Part shown: piece by piece, positions 12,381 through 20,000 of the stretch | Position numbering within the stretch: position 1 is the first letter of the stretch | How the letters are laid out: each line of letters starts with the position of its first letter | Source: Trypethelium eluteriae | Taxonomy: Eukaryota | Length of the DNA stretch: 20,000 bases | Assembly: GCA_051942245.1 (NCBI GenBank) | Contig: JAVECL010000062.1 | Coordinates: 45,345-65,344 of the forward strand | Direction of reading: 5' to 3' | The notes under the pieces: generated by a model | Told to the model about the DNA's origin: nothing | What the model saw: the letters and a program-made list of their open reading frames with translations, nothing else | The model's database searches: none | Translations under genes and position numbers: made by a program

Positions 12381-12559
12381 CCTTACCGCGGAGGGGGCTT
12401 CATCAACTGGTAATCAATACAATGTTATCTCAGTTTAACTGATATGACCATGTTGGCCCGTATTAAGTCGGCGTTGACGTGGGTCAACAAGGTCACAACA
12501 GTAAAGTTGAAATAACATTGTATTGATTACTAGTTGAGGAACCCCCCTCCGCGGTAAGG
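12381..12559. mobile_element. MITE-like foldback element, copy 2 (179 bp, TA flanks), inverted relative to copy 1
   Basis: TA|CCTTACCGCGGAGGGGGCTTCATCAACTGGTAATCAATACAATGTTAT...ATAACATTGTATTGATTACTAGTTGAGGAACCCCCCTCCGCGGTAAGG|TA. The reverse complement of the spacer matches the spacer of copy 1. Confidence 0.9.
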
Positions 12560-14661
12560 TAAGTAGGAATTGTCGTGGCCGAAATTGACGTCGGAGGACC
12601 TTCTAACTCCTATTCTACATAGGGATAATAGGGCTGTCGTAATTTTAGACAACTCTTTTGCGTGGACCTTCAATTGTTCTCCCACTTCTAATAGGCTTGA
12701 TGCCCAGTGAAAAGCCAAATTTTCCGAAGCTTTCACCGGAGATGCACTAAGCCCAGAAAGGTAGAAGTAATAGCGGAATTGGTGTTTGGCTCAAATCTGA
12801 TGGGACTTGGAGACGTCAATAGTTTTGGGCTATCCATATTGGCAGCACTGGACTGTGGTCATTACAGAATCAGCCAGATATTTACATATCGGTATGTAAT
12901 TATGGCTGGGATACGTCATCGCCAATGCATGCGTACGGAACTGTCACATTCCGTGCATCCGAGAAAGACTGGTGTCAATTTCGCAGAGCTCCCTCGAAGT
13001 GGGCTTTTGTTTGATGATGAGTGTGAGTAGGGAAGCTGTTGAATATGACAAATTTAGAGTAGATACGGTAATATACCGTAGGTGTAAAATAGTCTCAACC
13101 GTCAGGAAGGGATCTCCGGCTCTTCCGCATCTGAGTTCTACGCATCCCCCTTGCAGAATACTGCATGGCTTTGCCAGAGCTATCAGCAAACTGACATAGC
13201 TTTGTACAGATCATCTGCGTTTTACGGGAGCTAAAAGGGATAAGGAAGTCTATCAAACGTCACAGATAGCGAACAATGGAACAAGAAAACAGTGTACCTT
13301 CGACTGTTGAGGATGATAATGAGTAAATGGTAGTATTGAGTTCAGACTATGTAATAACCACACCTTTCGATGCAGCATGCGTAGGTTAGGCATGAGGCCT
13401 CTGGAGATGTTTCTGAAGAAATATGTGCCACCGGTTCGGGGGGCTGTTCGAGGTGGTAGGGGACTCGCCACCTATCCCTTCTTTGCTCATGGTTTTCGAC
13501 TTTCTCACTATGCCGTCACCCTGAGAAGCCGACTTTGACATTAGTGAGGCACTCGGCTTGATGTAAAGCGGAATTCATTTCCATCACCTGGTTCACTCGC
13601 AGAGCTACCGAATTCCATTAAGATAGTGGATCCCGCAATAGGCGGAGATCCTGTGGGATCGATGCATCTCAGTGGACGAGGATATTCCGGGAGTTGGTCT
13701 TAAGATTCATCAGCGGGTTTATTCTACAGTCGGGTTCCTTCAAAATGCAGTCTCCCACACTCAGGTCGAGTAAGCTATCAGTGAATAGATAGCACACCGC
13801 ATCAAGTAGCGCTGGCCTGAATAATTGGATGTGTACGTTACATTGGCTCAGAGACACGAAAAGTACCTGTGATTCTCAGGATGCAAGGTTGTACGCGGAG
13901 CCCATTTGCAAAGGGTGATGATGAAAAAGTGGTGAAAGCTTGATGATAAAGCTATGGAGGTGAGGATCTATATATACCCTAGCAAATCAACCCCTATTTC
14001 GTCGTCACGTGATAGGATTGTCCTGCTTCATTTAACATGAAGCATTCTAGTACGCCACAAACATCATCAAAGGGTCCATTCTTAGGTGATGAATGCGCTG
14101 ACGCTGCGATCGGTACATGTAAGTAAGGTAGGTAATCATCAACAGGGGCCTTGGCGGGGCGGGCTATGTCAGCGCGGCGCTTGCAAGGTGGCTCAATAAC
14201 CTTGTCTCAACGTCTTCGCAAGGCTGAAACTGCATATTCTCGTTACGGAGTACGTCCTGACGATTCAAAAATGTACGTGTATTTGGATATGTGGCTGATC
14301 ATGAAGGTACGCATCGCTAATTATGGCTTTCCTCCCACGCGTCTAGGGTGTTCTACACCTATTCCAAACCGCAAGCGACCGGCGAACTGACCTGTTGTTA
14401 ACGCAGCTATCCCAGCTCTCCTTCTACCAAGATCCATCCAATATCCTGCAAGGAATGAGCCACCACCATGGTCGTACAACCGAAGAAAAGGAAAGGAAAA
14501 TTGCTGCGAGCGAAATCCTAAGATGGACTTCAGAGCCGCTGTCGACCCAGATCCAGACCAAAAGTTGAAGAAATGGGCTCATTGTTTGGATACTCTGCCG
14601 CGCGCCCTTCCCGATGACTGGGTAGTACTTTTACGTCGGACCTGGGAGTATCCGCTCTCAT

Positions 14662-15528
14662 CTATCGTAATTTCGCTGCGTAGAGTCGAAGGTGCTCCGT
14701 TTTAGCCTTCTCCAACGAAATGTCATCAAGTTGACCACATCGAACAAACTTGTACTCTTTTTGTCGATCGATATTCTCAGAATTGAGCAGGTCGATCCAG
14801 CAATGTTCCACCATATCCTGCGACTTGTTCATGACAACGTGGAACAAGTCAGAATCCGTATTTGGCGCCCGGCGGGATGCACCAGGAACATACTTCTCCA
14901 CCTTGAGCTTTGCGTGGCCCTTCTCGAAATCGAAATCCACCTCCTCAGGATCTCGATGCACGATTCTGAGACAAGTCATGTTGGTGCCTTGAACGCCAAT
15001 GACCAAAAATGTGATAAGGTGCACATCTTCGTTCACGGGATGCCAGATTCTAACAAAGTCGCCTTTTTGGAAATGATACTTGTTGCTATCGTTATAATGT
15101 TCTTCCCTCGGTTCGCATGGCCTTTCTTCTACCCTGTTCCTATTCCTCGCGGAAGGGTGGAGCTCTGGTCGGGTTTGGAATGAAACGGGAACAGGATGGA
15201 GAGCTAGCTCATTGAAGCTTTGATCAAGCGCAGGCATACTCTCATTCGGTGGGCTAAGATTGGACCCTTCATCCAAAGCTTAGCACACTGGGTCCTCGGC
15301 TCGGAGAGAAGAAAATGGATGTTGAAACCTACCGCTTCCTCCGTCGTAGTCCCGGTCGTCCGCGGCGTCGCTTTTGCTAACTTTAGTGGCCATGCTCGGC
15401 GGCAGCGAATAGGCTTGATTGACGGGCGATGGCGAATGGACTTGGCCTACAAGGGCGCGTGCGTTGCCTCCTATACTTCCGACGTTGTGTGACTCTCCGA
15501 TGAATATATATTGATTATTACCGGTCAT
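14662..15528 (-). CDS. ~266 aa protein: N-terminal HET-s-type amyloid repeat (R0-like), disordered linker, C-terminal alpha/beta domain resembling DUF6590/PemK fold; predicted exons 15528-15333 and 15266-14662
   Basis: ORFs 15280-15597 and 14662-15276 share a frame and are split by one TAA. That TAA lies inside a predicted phase-1 intron GTAGGT(15332)...TGCTAAG...AAG(15267). The ATG at 15528 gives MTGNNQYIFIGESHNVGSIGGNARALVGQVH. The C-domain reads FQKGDFVRIWH...FLVIGVQGTNMTCLRI...GHAKL...CWIDL...GQLDDISLEK. The domain call is by eye. Confidence 0.7.
15439..15492 (-). other. Single HET-s-related amyloid motif (R0-like): SHNVGSIGGNARALVGQV
   Basis: Aligns without gaps to the neighbour's R2 (SYRVGVTKGEARVVGGVM) and R1 (DWLVERMEDRSRVFQGSV), sharing V4, [AS]11-R12, a small or hydrophobic residue at 13, a hydrophobic residue at 14 and G16. 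Confidence 0.65.
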
Positions 15529-16026
15529 ATGGCGCTGATGCCGCGCAATTTGGTGCGCTTTCAGCGCAACTGCACAGGTACAGTCGACGCCTAGCAAAGT
15601 GGCATTACCGGGATCTCAGCGGTGCCGAGCGCGTACTGGCATATCACATTCGAAGGTTGGCTGTTGTGCTTTTTCAATGTACGACGACAGAGCTCGGCGA
15701 GGCAGCAGTTTTGGTCTTCGCGGTACTACAGCTGGTTTTATCAGGAAGGGCGGCCGAGCTCACCGACTAGGGTACAGGGGTCCTCACGAGGAAAGATGCG
15801 CAGGCCCGCGATAGCCGGAAAATCGCGTGCATTTTCGACTGCTCTCTTCAACTTGGTGCATATGCTTGGGGACGCTTGATATGTGCTGGCCTACTTGTCT
15901 CGATGGCTGTGTTTGGCCAAAGCCAGGACGCTGTAGGTACATGAAGGCTAGCCTTGCCCTGTTTACGGCCGCCATGTCCCGAAGCCCCCCTCTCAAGTCT
16001 TTTGCTTCAAGTTTGAGGCTATTGCA

Positions 16027-16974
16027 ATGGCAGAACCTGTTGGATTGGCGCTGGGAGCTGTTGCTTTGGCTTCTTTGTTCTCAACTTGCGTCGAGCTAAT
16101 GGAATATTTCGAATTAAGTAAGAGCTACGAGTACGATTACGAGCTAGCTTGTTTGAAATTATCCTTGCTCAAGGCTCGACTGGACACCTGGGGCCGGACC
16201 GTCGATGTGAACAACGGAGGCCAGGAAGATACAGAAGTACGGGAGCAATGGTCCAGTGAAAAGGATGTGGTTCACAAAAGCCTGCAGGGTATTGCCGGTA
16301 TCTTTGGTGATGCTGAGCAGCTGAAAAGCAAGTATAGTGTGCTACCCCGCAAATGGAGGTTCAAGGCCTCGCTGTACCGAAGCGGCCCAGCTCGAGCTAT
16401 CCAAGGTAAGCCCGGACGTCGACTCCTGGGCCATTGTTGCAATATCTCGTTGGTTCGGCGTTCAACTTCTTGGGCAATCCGCGATAAAGGGAAATTTGAC
16501 ATTCTGATTAACGACCTTGAATTCTTCATATCAAACCTGGAAGCCGTTTCGCTGCGATTATACACTGCTTCCATCTCTTCACCACAAATGAACAACAAAG
16601 GATCTGAGCCACAGTCAGTCAGTGGTGCTAATCGAGGTGCTCGTCGAACAAGCTCTCAAGCTTCACGACCGATTATGGCGGAGCGCAAAGACTCCCATCA
16701 GTTCACGGAGGAAGTGCCCAGCACGACATCGGATGGCCAACCCAAGTCCAGAGTGCACTCAGAAGAAGGATACGATTGGCTCGTTGAGAGGATGGAAGAC
16801 CGCTCACGAGTATTTCAAGGAAGCGTTGATGGAGCGAAACTTGAACCGGCTCCAAAGGGGCAAGTTGTGTCTTATCGTGTTGGAGTCACGAAGGGCGAGG
16901 CTAGAGTGGTGGGCGGAGTTATGAAAAGCACGGATTTCCACTCATTCATCAACGGTGGTGCTCAAGCACCCTAA
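16027..16974 (+). CDS. HET-S-like protein: N-terminal HeLo (prion-inhibition/pore-forming) domain plus C-terminal two-repeat HET-s-type prion-forming domain
   Basis: MAEPVGLALGAVALASLFSTCVELMEYFELSKSYEYDYELACLKLSLLKARLDTWG is colinear with the Podospora HET-s/HET-S N-terminus (MSEPF..VAGAL.VAGLFNNCV.CFEYVQLGR.FGRDYERCQLRL). The HeLo C-terminal signature WAIRDKGKFDILINDLEFFISNLE is present. The 315-codon ORF is intact, with pseudo-repeats at aa 250-267 and 282-299. Confidence 0.92.
   Translation: MAEPVGLALGAVALASLFSTCVELMEYFELSKSYEYDYELACLKLSLLKARLDTWGRTVDVNNGGQEDTEVREQWSSEKDVVHKSLQGIAGIFGDAEQLKSKYSVLPRKWRFKASLYRSGPARAIQGKPGRRLLGHCCNISLVRRSTSWAIRDKGKFDILINDLEFFISNLEAVSLRLYTASISSPQMNNKGSEPQSVSGANRGARRTSSQASRPIMAERKDSHQFTEEVPSTTSDGQPKSRVHSEEGYDWLVERMEDRSRVFQGSVDGAKLEPAPKGQVVSYRVGVTKGEARVVGGVMKSTDFHSFINGGAQAP
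16774..16947 (+). other. Predicted beta-solenoid prion-forming domain: R1 16774-16827, R2 16870-16923, aromatic tail (FHSF)
   Basis: R1 EDRSRVFQG resembles HET-s EERARVQLG, and R2 KGEARVVGG resembles HET-s KGESRVLIG. The repeats are 32 aa apart with a flexible loop between them. Confidence 0.8.
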
Positions 16975-17003
16975 ACTCTACGCATGTAGAGGTCAATTGC
17001 GTA

Positions 17004-17143
17004 CCTTACCGCGGAGGGGGGTTCCTCAACTGGTATTTGATACAATATTATTCAACCTTACTGTTATGATCTTGTTGGCCTATTTTGACGCCGCACAACA
17101 TTGTATTAATCATCAGTTGAGGAACCCACCGACCGCGGTAAGG
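17004..17143. mobile_element. MITE-like foldback element, copy 3 (140 bp, internally deleted; left TA, right CA)
   Basis: TA|CCTTACCGCGGAGGGGGGTTCCTCAACTGGTATTTGATACAAT...ATTGTATTAATCATCAGTTGAGGAACCCACCGACCGCGGTAAGG|CA. About 40 bp of the inner right arm is missing relative to copies 1 and 2. Confidence 0.85.
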
Positions 17144-18468
17144 CAGCTTTTCCAAGCTCTTCAACATCCTTGTGTCAGCACGAACGCTTCCTTACGCGGG
17201 ACTTATGATCTTCTACACGTTTTCGATTCGACCATCGAGTTCCGTCTATTACTCCAAATCTCAAAGGACGCGACTATTTCTCAGTAATTGCCTGTCTCCT
17301 AGGCTCTTCCAAGCCCAGCTTCCGCAATGCCGTCCTTCGAATACGCGTCACAATTGACCGAAATGACTATAATTGGAAAGTGGAAGTTATCCTCGCTAGG
17401 TCCATTAGAACCTTAGCAGTCCTTTCATTTTGTGCGAAATGGCGTGTACGGTCAAGAACGGCACAACTGAGTTTAGTTTGGAAGCACGATAAATAGCCAA
17501 TATCCAAGGGGAACTCGCTTGTCTGAACAACATGCTAAGGACCAATTCGGGATGGTCGGTCTCAATCAAATAAATCCACAGCTTTCAAATACTTATTATT
17601 CTGAAATTTACATTCGTTATTCATCACAAAAAATCCACTTCTTGTAACCGACAGATAATAAGCATACAAGCACGGTAAGGGTGATAGTATGTTAGGGCTG
17701 CTGATAGAGATCAGTACTGTATCTTTTCATAAGTGGCCCCTGTTCTGTGACACTGGGCCGAAGCTTCGATATCTCTACCAACGATGACGATTTTACACTG
17801 AGTTTGGTTAACCCAAGCCGTACGATATATTCCTCGGAGGAGGCACATAGTAGTGATCGACAAAGTCGCCTTCGGACAGTAGTAGAAAACGAACTTAGGG
17901 CAGGTTGGAATAGAATTGATGGGAACGTCAAATTTTTTGGAATCCTGAGATAAAGAATGAAGGGTGTGTTCGACTACAACAGATGTGGATAAGGTCGCTA
18001 CACAGGGTACTTCGGATGCAGATCTTCTTGTTGAAAGTCTTTGAGCCCCTTGCTTGGAATTAATATGAAGTTTGGCCTAACAGTAAACCATCATTGTAAA
18101 CAATTACTGCTCGCCCTGAAGCAAGCTCAGATCATCTAGAAGGTACATCAGTTTTCCATCGGTACAACGAAGTGTTGCTTTCCACGCGGTGGGGTTTCTC
18201 AGAACAGCAAAAATCTCAGTACTGAAAGTTCACCAACACCATTCCTTTCCTTCGTAGACCGACTCTGATATCTAGTGAGGCTCTTAAAGAAAGAGGTCAA
18301 GAGAGGTGTATTGGGAAATACAATAATGCTTTCGGATTTTTGTACGAGAAGTTAGAGTAGGAGCTTGGACCACCTGGAATTTAAAATCGGAGGGGCACGA
18401 GAGGCATTTCGATCTTGGTTACTACTCCAACAGAGACACAGAATGTCTCGGTGACGGATATCAGATCT

Positions 18469-19665
18469 ATGGAGCTCTCTAGCAACTGGAAGGCGCTGCA
18501 GAAGAAGCTCCAGAAAGAGAATAAACCTCTTCACGAACCCATCAAGCGAAAAAGACCCAATGATGGACCCAGTTTCCTACGCAAACGAATAAGTACTACC
18601 ACTACACGATCAGCGCCGCCCTCGAAGAGGTTCAAAACGGAACGATCTACGTCGATGCAACAGTCCAACAATCTTGTCTCTTTCGGCAGCACTGAGGATC
18701 TCCAAAATGATACACAGGATCATTTAAGCAGCTCTCTCCCAAGGCACAACTCGCAGAACTCGACCTCTACCGCCTCTATCTCCTCGACTGCTGCCAAAAA
18801 GTATGTCGCTCTAGACTGTGAGATGGTAGGGGTAGGGTCGACTCCAGATGCCGATTCTGTACTCGCAAGAGTGTCCGTCGTTAACTATCATGGCACAATT
18901 CTTTACGACACATACGTCCTTCCATCCGATGGCGTAAAAGTTACAGACTACCGAACCGCAATCAGCGGGATCCAGCCCGAACATTTAAAGCCTAAAAGAA
19001 GTCGCTCAGAAACATCTGCTCTTAACCCTACCCGTAGGCCGACCCTTCCTACGGACCCTCAGACTGGGCAAGGCGAAGCCGCCGAAGCCGAAGCCGAAGC
19101 CGCCAAAGCCGAATCTCTCGTCAACCTCAAAAACCAACCTCTGGCGAGCCTCTACTCCGTCCAATCCACTCTCGATGCCCTCCTCAAAGACCGCATCCTC
19201 ATCGGCCACGCCCTTAAAAACGACCTCTCCGCCCTTCTACTCTCGCATCCGCACGCCTTGATCCGCGACACATCGCGCTATGCACCTTTCCGAGCCCTGG
19301 CTGGGGGACGCACGCCCTCGTTGCGGAAACTTGCGAAGCAGGTACTGGGAAGAGAGATCCAGACAGGAGAACACAGTAGTGTGGAGGATGCGCAGGCGGC
19401 GATGGATCTGTTCAAGCATGTGAGAGGAGAGTGGGAGGGTGGTATGAGGGCATGGAAGGGTAATGGCAAAAAGGGGCCGCAGAAAGGGAAGATCGTGAAT
19501 TGGAAGGCTATAGAAAGGGAGCAAGGAGACGAAGAAAAGGACAACGTGGAGGATGACGAGGGGGAGGAAGACCTTGAGGAGGACAGCCAGGTCAGGGCAA
19601 GGAAGGAGAAGAGGAAGACTCGATTAAAGAAGAAGAAGGCTAGGAAGAGGACGAAGAGAGCTTGA
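18469..19665 (+). CDS. REX4: RNA exonuclease 4 (DEDDh 3'-5' exonuclease, rRNA processing)
   Basis: The N-terminus is MELSSNWKALQKKL. Exonuclease motifs are ExoI KYVALDCEMVGVG, LARVSVVNYHG, VTDYRTAISGI, ExoII LIGHALKNDL, IRDTS, PSLRKLAKQVLG and ExoIII HSSVEDA, followed by an acidic/basic tail. The ATG at 18469 is preferred over the TTG at 18415. Confidence 0.94.
   Translation: MELSSNWKALQKKLQKENKPLHEPIKRKRPNDGPSFLRKRISTTTTRSAPPSKRFKTERSTSMQQSNNLVSFGSTEDLQNDTQDHLSSSLPRHNSQNSTSTASISSTAAKKYVALDCEMVGVGSTPDADSVLARVSVVNYHGTILYDTYVLPSDGVKVTDYRTAISGIQPEHLKPKRSRSETSALNPTRRPTLPTDPQTGQGEAAEAEAEAAKAESLVNLKNQPLASLYSVQSTLDALLKDRILIGHALKNDLSALLLSHPHALIRDTSRYAPFRALAGGRTPSLRKLAKQVLGREIQTGEHSSVEDAQAAMDLFKHVRGEWEGGMRAWKGNGKKGPQKGKIVNWKAIEREQGDEEKDNVEDDEGEEDLEEDSQVRARKEKRKTRLKKKKARKRTKRA
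19072..19113 (+). repeat. Imperfect GCCGAA hexamer repeat encoding GEAAEAEAEAAKAE within REX4
   Basis: GGCGAAGCCGCCGAAGCCGAAGCCGAAGCCGCCAAAGCCGAA read directly from the sequence. Confidence 0.7.
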
Positions 19666-20000
19666 TGAAGCAAAGAGAAACGTGTATGGCGATTTTGCAA
19701 ATGGAAATGGCTTACGGTGGCTCTTTATATACCCTGATCAGCATGTTTTGCTTCTAGCGAGTATATATTCCAGGTCTACCTGCGTCTGTAGTTCAACGAC
19801 AATTGTCGATACGAATATCAAAAAAGCTACAAGGTATCCGATGAATTTACTACTTCACTAAAGACTGTCCCAAACGCAGTCGAGTCAATCGCCCATACTC
19901 CTACACCTCTCCAGTCACACTCTTGCTGACAAACAACGCAACAGGAAACGATGCTCGCTGAAATACCACACGATGCTCAAAGACGCCACAATCCACCTCT

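Noticed and set aside
12560..13900. Possible decayed minus-strand gene (fragments such as DYFTPTVYYRIYSKF)
   Set aside because: All frames have multiple stops and no recognisable domain; it cannot be supported without a tBLASTn search.
17690..18350. Possible decayed plus-strand gene upstream of REX4
   Set aside because: Only short stop-interrupted frames with no recognisable motif.

Overview
Eukaryotic DNA from a filamentous ascomycete (short 47-170 nt GT-AG introns with CTRAC/CTRAY-like branch sites). Conserved housekeeping genes lie at both ends: head-to-head NDUFS4 and ATP17 plus a large disordered, possibly PRRC2/BAT2-like gene on the left, and REX4 on the right. Between them is an ~9 kb accessory island of cell-death/non-self-recognition-type genes. 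It holds a HeLo-like N-domain/ankyrin gene with two disabling lesions, and an intact HET-S-like gene (HeLo domain plus a two-repeat HET-s-type amyloid domain). Divergently transcribed from the HET-S-like gene is a small gene whose N-terminus carries a matching single amyloid repeat (R0-like) but whose body is not an NLR; by eye it resembles DUF6590/PemK-fold domains. This possible NLR-independent amyloid-signalling pair is the main candidate novelty. Three copies of a 140-181 bp near-palindromic, TA-flanked MITE each sit just downstream of a stop codon. All family assignments were made by eye from remembered motifs; no search was run.
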